DNA of 64,000 nt from Truepera sp. (GTDB lineage Bacteria; Deinococcota; Deinococci; Deinococcales; Trueperaceae). The stretch covers positions 3,552,001 through 3,616,000 of the forward strand of contig CBDCKW010000009.1 of assembly GCA_965218435.1 (NCBI GenBank), in the 5' to 3' direction. Shown piece by piece: positions 49,940 to 60,102 of this stretch (positions are counted from its first letter, which is position 1; each line of letters starts with the position of its first letter). The notes under the pieces were generated by a model that was given only the letters and a program-made list of their open reading frames with translations, was not told where the DNA came from and ran no database searches. The translations under genes and the position numbers were made by a program.

Positions 49940-50821
49940 TCAGGCGTCCTCTTGGGGCTCGAGCGCGTCCCGTAAACCGTCACCAAACAAGTTAAACGCC
50001 AGCACCGTCACAAAAATACTCACCCCCGGCCAGACCGCCATCCACGGCGCTTGCGCCATAAAACCCTTGGCTACGTTGAGCATCCCGCCCCAGCTCGGCG
50101 TCGGCGGCTGCACCCCAAGGCCCAAAAACGACAACGACGATTCGGCGATGATGGCCTGGGCAATGGTCAGGGTAGCTTGAACCAGGAGCGGCGTAAAGCT
50201 GTTCGGCAAGATGTGCCGGACGATGATGCGGCGGTCGTACCCGCCTAAAGCCCTGGCAGCTTGCACGTACTCTTCGGCTTTAACGGCTAAAACTTGACCT
50301 CTTGTCAAACGGATAAAGGTCGGGGCGCTGGCAATCCCGATGGCGATCATCGCATTTTGCAAACTCGGCCCTAAAGCGGCGGCGAGGGCAACGGCGAGGA
50401 TTAAAAAAGGAAACGACAGCACCGCGTCGGTAAAACGCATGATGAGTTCGTCCCAAAAGCCGCCGTAAAAGCCTGACACGAGCCCGAGTGGGATACCGAT
50501 AAGCATGGCAATCACGACTGAAATCACCCCGGCCAAGAGGCTTGCGCGTGCGCCGAAGACAACCCTCGAGAGCACGTCGCGCCCTACGTCATCGGTACCT
50601 AACAGGTACTCGGCACTCGGACCCTGACGCACGGCTAAAAAATCGGTGGCAGTCGGGTCATAAGGAGCGATTTGTGGTGCAAACGCAGCTAGAGCGACAA
50701 AGAAGACGATGACAACGGTACCGAAGACCGCAAGCGGGCGACGCCGAAACCGTTTGAGCGCCCGGTTCGGGGGGCGCGTGTTCTCCTCAATCCCTTCGAG
50801 CGGCGTGGCAACTTCGCTCAC
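49940..50821 (-). CDS. Peptide ABC transporter permease (DppC/GsiD-like)
   Basis: LGTDDVGRD, EYVQAARALG, LSFLGLG..PPTPSWG. Confidence 0.95.
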   Translation of the reverse strand: MSEVATPLEGIEENTRPPNRALKRFRRRPLAVFGTVVIVFFVALAAFAPQIAPYDPTATDFLAVRQGPSAEYLLGTDDVGRDVLSRVVFGARASLLAGVISVVIAMLIGIPLGLVSGFYGGFWDELIMRFTDAVLSFPFLILAVALAAALGPSLQNAMIAIGIASAPTFIRLTRGQVLAVKAEEYVQAARALGGYDRRIIVRHILPNSFTPLLVQATLTIAQAIIAESSLSFLGLGVQPPTPSWGGMLNVAKGFMAQAPWMAVWPGVSIFVTVLAFNLFGDGLRDALEPQEDA

Positions 50822-51771
50822 GCGTTTCCGCCCACCTGAATCCGTGGGTTGACGAGCGCGTAGGCGATGTCTACCAGCAAATTGATCAAGATATACGCCG
50901 CCGAAGTAAAGAGCACAACGCCCTGCACCACAGCGTAGTCGCGGTTAAAGACGGCGTCTACGACGAGCTTGCCAAAACCCGGAATTGTAAACACCTGTTC
51001 AGTCAACACCGCACCAGACAAGAGCGCCCCCATCTGCAAGCCGAAAATCGTAATCACCGGAATCAGCGCGTTGCGGAGCGCGTGGCGTAAAACGACGCGG
51101 CGTTTTAACAGCCCCTTAGCCTGTGCGGTGCGGACATAATCTTGCTTCAAAACGTCTAACATCGAACTCCGCAGCTGCCGCATCAACACAGCAGCTAGGC
51201 CCGTTCCAAGGACAAACGCGGGCATAATCATCCGCAGCAAGTTTTGAAGTGGGTCACGGCCGAACTCGACGTAACCCGAAGCAGGAAGCAGGCCCCACTG
51301 CACTGAAAAAAGCAGAATCAACATGATGCCGAGCCAAAAGTTTGGTAGAGACAGGCCCGAAAGTGCGAAGAGTGTCCCGAGATAGTCAACAGCGGTGCCT
51401 TTGCGGACCGCCGACAAGATACCGACCGGCAGCGCAATCAGCAGTGCGACGAGCATACTCAGGAGTGCAAGTTCTACGGTGACCGGCAGTTTCTGCCAAA
51501 TAAGCTGCGTCACCGGCTGATTGGTGCGGATAGATTGCCCCAAATCACCCCGTAAAACCTGACTGAGCCACGCTACATATTGCACCGGTACGGGGTCGTC
51601 TAAGCGGTAGCGTTCGCGGATAAAGGCGATGACTTCGGGGTCGCGCTGCTCGCCAGCGATAATCAGCGCCGGGTCACCCGGTAACAGCCGCTGAATCCCA
51701 AAAACCATCAACGTGACGATAATCAGCGTAGGAATGGCCGTTAAAAAACGTTTGACGATAAAGAGCAGCAT
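50818..51771 (-). CDS. Peptide ABC transporter permease (DppB/GsiC-like)
   Basis: LPGDPA, GDLGQS, DYVRTAQAKGL, NRDY. Confidence 0.95.
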   Translation of the reverse strand: MLLFIVKRFLTAIPTLIIVTLMVFGIQRLLPGDPALIIAGEQRDPEVIAFIRERYRLDDPVPVQYVAWLSQVLRGDLGQSIRTNQPVTQLIWQKLPVTVELALLSMLVALLIALPVGILSAVRKGTAVDYLGTLFALSGLSLPNFWLGIMLILLFSVQWGLLPASGYVEFGRDPLQNLLRMIMPAFVLGTGLAAVLMRQLRSSMLDVLKQDYVRTAQAKGLLKRRVVLRHALRNALIPVITIFGLQMGALLSGAVLTEQVFTIPGFGKLVVDAVFNRDYAVVQGVVLFTSAAYILINLLVDIAYALVNPRIQVGGNA

Positions 51772-51857
51772 CGGTGGGGGTGACCTCTAGGGTGTTTACC
51801 CCGCACGGTAGCCAACAAAAACAAGACCGTGCCTATGCGGGGCTGAGAAAACCTAAC

Positions 51858-53354
51858 TTAGTTGAGCGTGACACCTTGCCAGCGGAGAATCCCGTCGGGG
51901 TAGGCTTCAAACCCTTGTAACGCGCTGGTATGTGGGAAAAAGAGGTTGCTGTGATAGAGGTAGATGATATTGCGGTTGGGCAGGTACAGTTCACCAGCTT
52001 GGTCGTACAAGGCTTTGCGTTTGGCGGTGTCGGACACGGCGCGGGCTTGGTTGAGCAACTCGTCTACTTTTTTGTCGCAGTAGCCGCTCTCGTTGAGCGT
52101 CCCCTCACAAGTTTCAAACTGGTGGATGTTGCCGTCCGGGTCAATCCGGCCCGACCATCCGATCGCAAAGACCTCGTAGTCGCCCTGCTCTTGAAAATCT
52201 AGGGCGCTGGCAAATTCGGTGGCGCGTAAGCTGATGTCAAAGCCAGCTTCGGCTGCGAGGGCTTGAATCACCTCACCCAAACGCACCGATTCGGGGTTGT
52301 TGCCGACCATCAGCTCAAACGAAACGCGGTCAAAGCCGGCTTCTTTGAGGAGGGCTTTGGCCTTCTCGAGGTTGCGTTCGGGGATGGGATAGTTCTCGTT
52401 GTACCAGGGGCTGTTCGGCGGCACGGCCTGGTTGCCGACGATATATTCACCGTTAAAAACAGCTTGGTTGATGACGTTACGGTCGAGAGCAAGTTCTAAC
52501 GCCTCTCGTACCTTCGGGCTGCTGGCCAGGGGCGTCCCCAACGGTTTGGGATTCGAGAGGTTGATGGTCAGCCCTTGGTATCCCAAGCTCGGTGCGGACG
52601 GCAAAGTCAGGTTGGGGTCGTTGCGAATGGCTTCCAGGTCGGTCGGGGCGGGGCGTTCGATCATCTGCAAATCGCCCGACTGCAAGTTGGCGAGCCGCAC
52701 GCTGGTATCGGGGATAGGTAAAAAGACGACCTGCTCGAGCTTGATGCTGTCGGCGTCCCAGTAGTCCGGGAACCGCTCGACGACGATCCGGTCTTGGGCG
52801 ACGCGCTCTTTGAACTTGAAAGGCCCGGCGCAGACCGGGGCGTTCCCGAAATTTTCGCCCTCGGCTTCGGCAGCTTTGGGCGAGACCATCATCCCGGCGC
52901 GGTCGGCGAGCTGCGCGACGATCGGCGCAAAGGGTTGCGTGAGGTTGAGCCGGACAGTATTTTTATCCACAACGTCAACGCTCTCCAACTGCTCCAACTC
53001 ACTCGCGCGGTTTGAGCCGGGAAAATTTTTCGAGCGCTCGAGGTTGTACTTGACCGCTTCAGCGTCGAGCATCGTCCCGTCGTGAAACTTGACCCCGTCA
53101 CGAATATCAATCGTTAGGGAGAGGTTATCGTCGGCAAACTCGTAACCGGTAGCGAGCTGCGGAATGATCTCTGAGTTCTGGGTGATGTCGAAGAGCTTGT
53201 CGCACAAACTGGCAAAGACGATACGGCCCACGTAGGTGCGGCCGAGGTCGGGGTCTAAGATGTCGGGGTCTTCGTTGAGCCCAACTCGGACAGTCTGTGC
53301 CAAACCGGTTGCCGCTAGCATCAGTACGAGTATCCCACCTAAAAACCTTTTCAT
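51858..53354 (-). CDS. Peptide ABC transporter substrate-binding protein (family 5)
   Basis: Signal peptide, LDPD, GVKFHDGT, AGPFKF, WSGRIDPDG. Confidence 0.95.
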   Translation of the reverse strand: MKRFLGGILVLMLAATGLAQTVRVGLNEDPDILDPDLGRTYVGRIVFASLCDKLFDITQNSEIIPQLATGYEFADDNLSLTIDIRDGVKFHDGTMLDAEAVKYNLERSKNFPGSNRASELEQLESVDVVDKNTVRLNLTQPFAPIVAQLADRAGMMVSPKAAEAEGENFGNAPVCAGPFKFKERVAQDRIVVERFPDYWDADSIKLEQVVFLPIPDTSVRLANLQSGDLQMIERPAPTDLEAIRNDPNLTLPSAPSLGYQGLTINLSNPKPLGTPLASSPKVREALELALDRNVINQAVFNGEYIVGNQAVPPNSPWYNENYPIPERNLEKAKALLKEAGFDRVSFELMVGNNPESVRLGEVIQALAAEAGFDISLRATEFASALDFQEQGDYEVFAIGWSGRIDPDGNIHQFETCEGTLNESGYCDKKVDELLNQARAVSDTAKRKALYDQAGELYLPNRNIIYLYHSNLFFPHTSALQGFEAYPDGILRWQGVTLN

Positions 53355-53407
53355 GCTCCTCCTCCTCTCACCGCATATGTGCTCACGGTGAGTTTTTGCG
53401 CGTTAAG

Positions 53408-53452
53408 CAAAGTTTATGTAATTTCACCGCGCATTGTCAAACTTTATGCAAT
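53408..53452. promoter_or_regulatory. Direct repeat CAAA(G/C)TTTATG(T/C)AAT, 30-bp period
   Basis: 13/15 identity, AT-rich, between Lrp gene and divergent ABC operon. Confidence 0.45.
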
Positions 53453-53547
53453 CTGTGCTAAAGTCATGCGCAGCTCAAAAGCTCTAAACTTAGAGACCAC
53501 AAACTTAAAGGCCATACTGCAGCCAGGAGGTTTGCCGAAAAAATCTC

Positions 53548-54030
53548 GTGATGACCTTAGACCGCCTTGACCAACACATTATCAGCGCCTTGGAGGACGA
53601 TGGTCGCCGCCCCTACCGCGACATCGCCCGCGACTTGGGTATCGCCGAAGCGACGGTGCGCTCACGGGTCTCGAGGCTTATAGACGCGGGTCTGATCCGC
53701 ATCACAGCTGTGGGTGACCCCTTAAGTTTAGGCATTGAGGTGGCGGCGATCAGTCTGCTTTCGGTAAAGCCCGGTAGCGCCACCCAAACCGCCGAAAAGC
53801 TGGCAGCGTATCCGAATATCCGGTTCGTCGGCGAGTCGTTCGGTTCAGCAGACATCATCATTCAGACGCTGCACCCCGACATCAGGAGTCTGCACCACTT
53901 TATCGGCACGGAACTGCCGGAGGCGCTCCCGGATATCACCCGGACGGAGACGTTTCAGCTTGCCAGGGTCGTTAAAAGTACCTGGAACTGGCGGGCTTGG
54001 TTTGAGCAAGGAAGGCTTGAAGAAGGCTGA
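53548..54030 (+). CDS. Lrp/AsnC family regulator
   Basis: LDRLDQHII..LEDDGRRPY..IA..LG..EATVRSRV. Confidence 0.93.
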   Translation: MMTLDRLDQHIISALEDDGRRPYRDIARDLGIAEATVRSRVSRLIDAGLIRITAVGDPLSLGIEVAAISLLSVKPGSATQTAEKLAAYPNIRFVGESFGSADIIIQTLHPDIRSLHHFIGTELPEALPDITRTETFQLARVVKSTWNWRAWFEQGRLEEG

Positions 54031-54036
54031 CAGACG

Positions 54037-54568
54037 CTACTTGACGCGCACGAAAACCTGAACCCAGTAGTCCCCACGTTTGCCGACACCCAGCTCGCTA
54101 AACCCCGGATTTATCAGGTTGGCGCAGTGTCCGTCACTCTCTAACCAACCCGCCATCACGGTACCCACGTCCCCCACGTCCTCGTACCCACGGGCGATAT
54201 TTTCGCCGACCCATGACCAGCGGTAACCCGTGCGCGTCACGCGTGTCCCAACGGTGCTGCCGTCCGGCGCGGTGTGGCTGAAGTAGTCGTTGGTCTTCAT
54301 ATCGTCGGCGTGGGCTTGGGCGGCGCTCAGCTGAGGCTCGAGCTTTAGCGCCGTTGTAGGCTCGAAGATACCTTTCGCGCCGCAGTTATAACCGACAATC
54401 GGGTCGCGTTGACCTCTCTCGGCATGACGCGCCCCAGTTCGGTCGGCGGCGTTGCTGAGATGCCACCTTGACCTGTAGGCAAGCCCGGTAGGGTCGGCAA
54501 ACTGCACGCGCTCAAAAAAACAGCAAAAAAGCCCATCGTCTGAGCGGTACTGAAAAGATGTCTTTCAT
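54037..54568 (-). pseudogene. CAP (SCP) domain lipoprotein with two frameshifts
   Basis: Signal (MKDIFSVPLRRWAFLLF), lipobox LSAC and CAP core (HADDM..YFSH, GENIA, WLESDGHCAN) lie in three different ORF segments. Confidence 0.7.
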
Positions 54569-54621
54569 CGCCCTCTTATTCAACCGTCTTTCGGGCAAAA
54601 CAAACACCCAAAGCTTCATAA

Positions 54622-55113
54622 TTATGCCGCTGTCTGTGCCTTCTGCGTCTCTATTCGGGTCGCCTGCGCCGCGTAACGCCCGACGGCTAACAGGCCGAAG
54701 CCGTAAAAAAGTGCGGCCAACCCAAGCAGCAGCGTGGGGTAAAGCGTAGGACTCCCGATCAGCCAGGTAAAAAGCGCAAACCAGACCGGCGCGGCAAGCA
54801 AAATCCCCTCGAGCAGCGCCGCCGAAAGCGCCCCGGCCTGGGTGCCGCCCCGAGTCGTCCACCAGCCGAGCAAGTAGGCTACGGGTGGCTCGAGCGCCCC
54901 TAAGCCGACAAGTACCTGCGCGGTCAAGGGTGTTGCCGCAGGTTCAGGCGTAAACAAGGTAGACAGGACGACCCAAGCCAGCGCAGCGAGCAGGCTCTGC
55001 CCCCAAAAAGCCAGGACAAACAGCAGCCGGAGCGCCCCAGCTGCTTGCGCCCGCGTCGGCGCGTCACTTTTCAAAAATACCTGCAGCGCCTTAAACACAC
55101 TCCGACTATACAA
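54622..55113 (-). CDS. Hypothetical 4-TM membrane protein
   Basis: Hydrophobic ORF filling the gap, typical codon usage. Confidence 0.6.
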   Translation of the reverse strand: MYSRSVFKALQVFLKSDAPTRAQAAGALRLLFVLAFWGQSLLAALAWVVLSTLFTPEPAATPLTAQVLVGLGALEPPVAYLLGWWTTRGGTQAGALSAALLEGILLAAPVWFALFTWLIGSPTLYPTLLLGLAALFYGFGLLAVGRYAAQATRIETQKAQTAA

Positions 55114-55140
55114 GAGCGTGTATACAGTAAGCTGGACGCG

Positions 55141-55661
55141 ATGAACGATCCCCGCTATCCCATCGGTTCCTTTCGTTTAGAACGTGCTCCGACCGAGGCC
55201 GACCGCGCCGCTTGGATAGCGGTGTTAGAGGCGTCTCCAACCCGGCTCCGCGCCGCCGTTTCCGGCCTAGACGACACTCAGCTTGACACGCCCTACCGTG
55301 AAGGTGGTTGGACCGTTCGCCGGGTTGTTCATCATCTGCCGGACAGCCACCTAAACAGTTACGTCCGTTTTAAGTGGGCGCTCACCGAAGATGCGCCGGT
55401 CATCAAAACGTACTTTGAAGACCGCTGGGCCGAGTTGCCGGATTCGCAGGCACCACCGGGGGTCTCCTTGTCTCTTCTGGAGGCTCTACACGAACGCTGG
55501 GCGACGCTGTTACGCGCGATGACCGAAGCTGATTTCGCCCGCACTTTTGTCCATCCTGAAAACGGGGTACAGACGCTTTCTGAAAGTCTTGCCTATTATG
55601 CGTGGCATAACACCACCTCGCACACATTATGAAGCTGCGGGAACGTCGGGGCTGGGGTTGA
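55141..55661 (+). pseudogene. YfiT/DinB-family bacillithiol transferase with C-terminal frameshift
   Basis: DPRYPIG, TPYREGGWTV..VHHLPDSH; expected HHLAHI..LRERRGW tail is in another frame from 55611. Confidence 0.75.
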
Positions 55662-55685
55662 GATATATTTCATCTCTACCCGGTG

Positions 55686-57146
55686 CTATTTCAGCCTTTG
55701 AACGCGGCCCAGCCAGCGGTTAAACAGCGGCACCACCGGATTTTTACGCGCCGTGAGCAAGTCGAGGTGGGCAAACCCCGGTACGACATACGAGGAGAAA
55801 AAACTCCCGGCCCGCAGGTTGCCGTAACCGGAAAAGCCGTCGGTGGTGGTGACTAAACCTCGAGCAGCCCCGATTGCCAGGGTCGGCGCGTTGACGCGGC
55901 TGTGCGGCACGAAGTTGGGCGTGTCCCTCAAATTGAGTGTGAGGGCGCTCATGTCTATGAGCAGCCGGAGCGGGAAATACCACTCGTTGGCGTCTGTTTC
56001 AGGCAGCACCAAGCTGCGGGCAAAGGTGCTTAAATCGGTGGGTTCGGTTTCTAAATTGCCTGCTGACCAACTCACGACGTCAAAACCGTCCGCTACCCCG
56101 GCGACCGTGCGGCTCTGGGTGCTGGTGAAACCGCTCAGTAAGAAGGCCAAAAGATTGCCGCCGTAGGTCGCGCCCACCGGTTCACCCACGGTCGCCGTAA
56201 ACAGAGGCGAGGCGACGAAATCGCGGTCGGTGCGCAACCCGAGTAGGGCGAGATTGGTGATAGGAAAGCTCGAGGCCGGTGACCGCTCCTTTGGTGCTAG
56301 CGCCGCGAGCAGCGCAAGCGCGTCCGACTCGGCGTAAAAGTCCGGGCCGGAGCCGAACGGCAAATAAGGCGGGCCGCGCCCTTCGTCGAACCCTACCGCG
56401 TCCGGTAAAAGTTCCCAATTACCCAACACGAGGCTCTGCGCAATGCCGAACGCGCCGGTGCGACCCAAGGTGCCGTCGAGCAGCAGCAACCCATCAATGA
56501 AGGTGTCCCCGATTCGGCCCCGTTCAAAGGTATACGCCGGATAAAAGCTGACGAAACTCGCGCCGAGTGAGTGACCGCCTAAAATAACTGTGTTCGCCTC
56601 TTGACGGGCACGTTTGACCAGCGCGTGTAAATCCCAAAGGTGCGTCACCAGACCCCAACGCCGCATAAAAGGTAGGTCTTCGGCGGGAACCGGTGCGAAG
56701 CCCTCCGGTGTACCCTGCTCAGTGACGTAGTAGCGGTAGGCGATATTCGGGTCTTTTGCCTTCAGGCTCTGAACGAGTGCGGTGCGGTCCTCGAGCCCAT
56801 TTGCCCGCCGGTCCACGGCCCAGACCTCGAGCCCGGGCCGCGACGCGACCAGCTGCCGCGCTAAGGTGTCGAAGTTGGCAGCCCCGGCGAAAATACCCGG
56901 TACCAGCAGCAAAACCGTCTCGGTAGGTGTATCGGCAAAGTAACGCAAGTAAAAACTTTGGTTGAGGTGTGGCGGCGTACCGGGCGCGTGGTAACCGGGG
57001 ACGCTCTTATACTCGGTTTTTACGGCGCTGGGCTCTAGGTAGAACGGTCCATCCGGTAAGGCCAAGTCGGTGCGGATGTCAGGCAGGCAACTCGTCAGGG
57101 TCATAAGCAGCAAACACGCAGTTAGACGACCACTAAAGGAAATCAC
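55686..57146 (-). CDS. Alpha/beta-hydrolase lipoprotein
   Basis: TAGACT-5-GTG start, LTSC lipobox, WAVDRR, GHSLG, HLDLL. Confidence 0.75.
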   Translation of the reverse strand: MISFSGRLTACLLLMTLTSCLPDIRTDLALPDGPFYLEPSAVKTEYKSVPGYHAPGTPPHLNQSFYLRYFADTPTETVLLLVPGIFAGAANFDTLARQLVASRPGLEVWAVDRRANGLEDRTALVQSLKAKDPNIAYRYYVTEQGTPEGFAPVPAEDLPFMRRWGLVTHLWDLHALVKRARQEANTVILGGHSLGASFVSFYPAYTFERGRIGDTFIDGLLLLDGTLGRTGAFGIAQSLVLGNWELLPDAVGFDEGRGPPYLPFGSGPDFYAESDALALLAALAPKERSPASSFPITNLALLGLRTDRDFVASPLFTATVGEPVGATYGGNLLAFLLSGFTSTQSRTVAGVADGFDVVSWSAGNLETEPTDLSTFARSLVLPETDANEWYFPLRLLIDMSALTLNLRDTPNFVPHSRVNAPTLAIGAARGLVTTTDGFSGYGNLRAGSFFSSYVVPGFAHLDLLTARKNPVVPLFNRWLGRVQRLK

Positions 57147-57182
57147 AGAGTAGTCTACCGAGGCGTTATACTCACCGGCAGC

Positions 57183-58067
57183 TTGAAAGACACCTCGCCA
57201 AAGCCCACGCAAGAGCCTGAACGTAAACCCGAACCTGATGAAGCGAGCCGTACCGAGTTTTGGCGGGTTCGGGAGTTGGGTGAGATGGAGCTTCTGCACT
57301 CGAGCGGCGTTGACCCCGGTCATTCCCGGCATATGCACGAAAGCTTTGCCATCGGCGTCGTTGAAGCGGGCGTCGTCGTCAATCAGAGCCGGGGTGAAAC
57401 GACCCATTTGCCCCCCGGCAGCGTTTACACCTTTAACCCCGGTGATGTACACAGCGGTTACGCGGCGCGCGGGCGCACCGTCAGTCACCGCAGCTTTTAC
57501 CCGAGCGAGGCGGCGGTGCTCGAGTTTGCCCAGGCCAGCGGGCTAAAAGGGACGCCGTTTTTCTGCGCGACTTCGGTAACAAGTCCAAACCTTGCCGCGC
57601 AGCTCCGCTATCTGCACGACCTGCTGAAACGTTCAGACCAGCTTTTGGAACGTCAAAGTGCGACCGCTGAGGTGTTCGGTGCACTGCTGAGCGGCTACAC
57701 GTCGCTTAAAAGCAGCCGCACCGAGGGGAGAGAACCCAAAGCCGTCAGCACCGTTCGTAGCTATCTCGACGCACATTTTGACGAAAACGTTTCGTTGGGA
57801 GACCTGTCCGCGCTCGTCGGCTTGAACCGGGCTTACCTGCTCCGCACCTTTCGCCGCGCTGTGGGCGTGCCGCCGCACAGCTATCTGATTCACCGCCGTC
57901 TCGAGCGGGCCAAAGAACTTTTACGGGCGGGCGAGCCCGTCGCGCAAGTTGCCCTGAGTGTCGGCTTCAGCGACCAGAGCCATCTGAACCTGCACTTTAA
58001 GCGCCAGCTCAACGTCTCACCGGGGCGCTACGCGAAAAGTCACTTTCTTCCAAGAAAATCTCTGTAG
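57183..58067 (+). CDS. AraC family regulator
   Basis: RHMHE cupin arm, double HTH GFSDQSHL. Confidence 0.93.
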   Translation: MKDTSPKPTQEPERKPEPDEASRTEFWRVRELGEMELLHSSGVDPGHSRHMHESFAIGVVEAGVVVNQSRGETTHLPPGSVYTFNPGDVHSGYAARGRTVSHRSFYPSEAAVLEFAQASGLKGTPFFCATSVTSPNLAAQLRYLHDLLKRSDQLLERQSATAEVFGALLSGYTSLKSSRTEGREPKAVSTVRSYLDAHFDENVSLGDLSALVGLNRAYLLRTFRRAVGVPPHSYLIHRRLERAKELLRAGEPVAQVALSVGFSDQSHLNLHFKRQLNVSPGRYAKSHFLPRKSL

Positions 58068-58087
58068 CTGCCCCTCAAACTGACGTT

Positions 58088-58498
58088 ATGACGTTCTCTA
58101 CCAAGATCGCGGTAGTGCTCCGGGATGACCTAGAGCCCTGGCAAAGCCTCAATGTGACGGCCTTTACCGTCAGCGGCATTGCGGGTACGACCGAAAACAT
58201 CCTCGGCGAACCTTACGAAGACGCCGACGGCGCAACCTACCTGCCGATGATTGTTCAACCTATCTTGATTTACGAAGCGGGCGCGGAAAAACTTCGGACT
58301 GTTTACGCTCGAGCCCGCAGCCGTGAGGTGCGTTTTAGTATCTTTACTGAAGACTTGTTCTCCACTCCCGACGACGAAGCAAACCGCGCCGCCGTTAAAG
58401 CCGTTAAAAGTGACGACTTGGCGCTCGTCGGCCTGGCGATGCGAGCCGACCGGGGTGTTATAGACAAGATTTTTAAGGGTGTGGCTCGCCACCGGTGA
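58088..58498 (+). CDS. DUF2000-like protein
   Basis: TKIAVVLRDDL..WQ.LNVTAF, YEDADG, LVGLA. Confidence 0.8.
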   Translation: MTFSTKIAVVLRDDLEPWQSLNVTAFTVSGIAGTTENILGEPYEDADGATYLPMIVQPILIYEAGAEKLRTVYARARSREVRFSIFTEDLFSTPDDEANRAAVKAVKSDDLALVGLAMRADRGVIDKIFKGVARHR

Positions 58499-59772
58499 AA
58501 CGAGTTCATTATGCCTGGGTCATTTTAGGACTGTGTTTTTTCGGGTTGTTGGCGGCTCAGGGGACGCGGCTCTCGTTCGGCGCGTTCGTCGCTCCCTGGG
58601 AGGCTGACTTTGGGGTTGACCGGGCGACTGTATCGTTCGTGTCGTTCGTCAGCTTTCTCGTTTACGGGTTTACACAGCCGGTCGTCGGGCGGCTCGTTGA
58701 CCGTTTCGGCAGCCGCCTCGTGCTCTCGCTCAGCGTACTGCTCGTGGGTCTGAGCCTCGCTGCGACCACCCTGTCGCGCGGGCTGCCTGAGCTTACGCTG
58801 CTCTACGGCGTGGTCGCGTCGCTCGGGTTTGGGGGCGCGTCCGGGGTTGCTGCCAGTGTCGCCGTAACCCACTGGTTCAGTTCCAACCGGGGGCTTGCGT
58901 TCGGCGTTATCGAGGCGGGGATGGCGGCGGGGCAACTCGTACTGGTGCCGACTTCTCTCGTCCTCATCGGCGTGTTCGGCTGGCGCGGAACGATGCTGCT
59001 GCTGGGGGCGTTCAGCGTACTCATCGTTTTTCCGCTGCTCTATTTGCTGCTGCGCTCCTCTCCGAAAACGACCGGCCTGAAGCCTTACGGGAGAGGTCTG
59101 GATACCGATCTGGATACCGAGAGAGACACCCCAGTCGAGCGAGAAACATTGAGCGCAGCAGTAGCCGGTACAAAGTTGGGCGCGGTGTTTGCCTCTCGAG
59201 CCTTTTGGGGGCTCGCGCTCCCCTTTTTCATCTGCGGCGTTACGACGGCCGGCATGATTGACACGCATTTGGTGCCGTTCGCTCACGATCACGGGTTTAG
59301 CACCGAAGTCGTGGGCACTGCCGTCGCGCTGCTGGCTGCGTTTAACATCCTCGGTACGCTTCTCTCGGGGCCGCTCGCCGACCGCTTCGACAACCGCCGT
59401 ATTCTGGCGACGCTCTACTTTGTCCGCGCGTTGTCGCTGTTTTTGCTGTTGGCCGTAAACCAACCGGGTTTGCTCTTTATGTTCGGCGTCGTTTTTGGGC
59501 TTGTAGATTTCGCCGTGCTTGCCCCCGTCAACGTCCTCACCTCGCACTACTTTGAGGGGTACTCCCTGGGCTTTATGTTCGGCGTCTTGTCACTCTGCCA
59601 TCAGGTCGGTTCAGCAGTCGGCGCTTTCGTTCCAGGACTCCTTTACACCCTGACCGGTAGCTACACCGTCTCGTTCGTGGTCGCTGCTTCTGCGCTTTTG
59701 GTAGGTGCAGTGCTCAGCGTAACGTTGCCAAACGCGTCACCTCAGCGTTCCTTAAAACCGCAGGCGGTCTAG
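58495..59772 (+). CDS. MFS transporter
   Basis: 12 TM, GRLVDRFGSR, HWF..RGLAFG, G.LADRF. Confidence 0.93.
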   Translation: MKRVHYAWVILGLCFFGLLAAQGTRLSFGAFVAPWEADFGVDRATVSFVSFVSFLVYGFTQPVVGRLVDRFGSRLVLSLSVLLVGLSLAATTLSRGLPELTLLYGVVASLGFGGASGVAASVAVTHWFSSNRGLAFGVIEAGMAAGQLVLVPTSLVLIGVFGWRGTMLLLGAFSVLIVFPLLYLLLRSSPKTTGLKPYGRGLDTDLDTERDTPVERETLSAAVAGTKLGAVFASRAFWGLALPFFICGVTTAGMIDTHLVPFAHDHGFSTEVVGTAVALLAAFNILGTLLSGPLADRFDNRRILATLYFVRALSLFLLLAVNQPGLLFMFGVVFGLVDFAVLAPVNVLTSHYFEGYSLGFMFGVLSLCHQVGSAVGAFVPGLLYTLTGSYTVSFVVAASALLVGAVLSVTLPNASPQRSLKPQAV

Positions 59773-59785
59773 CTGTCGGGGGCTG

Positions 59786-59920
59786 CTAGTGTACGTCCGG
59801 GTCGTCCTCGGCAGACTCGGCGGCGAGCGCGTGACCGGCAAAGGTCAGCGCCCCAGCTAAAAGCGTAACCCCGGAAAAAACGAGCACAGCGTTAAGTGCG
59901 ATTTGAAGCGCCGTAGCCAT
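59786..59920 (-). CDS. Unannotated 44-aa single-TM protein
   Basis: GGAGG-4-ATG, MATALQIALNAVLVFSGVTLLAGALTFAGHALAAESAEDDPDVH. Confidence 0.6.
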   Translation of the reverse strand: MATALQIALNAVLVFSGVTLLAGALTFAGHALAAESAEDDPDVH

Positions 59921-60102
59921 AGTGCCTCCCAAGGCCCCAGTTTACGCTATTTGGACGAGGCGCAGGGCGCGAAAGTTCAACCGACCTTGCCACTACCGGT
60001 TGTACAAATACTGACTGTATAAACACTGACTGCGCGAACGCCGACGAACCACCAGATGTAAGGTTTTCCCTTGCCTAACACGCCGTCATCCTCCATATTG
60101 GA

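Noticed and set aside
57147..57488. 600-aa version of the hydrolase ORF overlapping araC
   Set aside because: Extension is antisense to a clear AraC gene; a leaderless GTG at 57146 gives a proper lipoprotein signal
58525..59547. 340-aa minus-strand ORF (and similar long shadows, e.g. 20494-21165)
   Set aside because: Antisense shadow of well-supported genes in GC-rich DNA, no motifs
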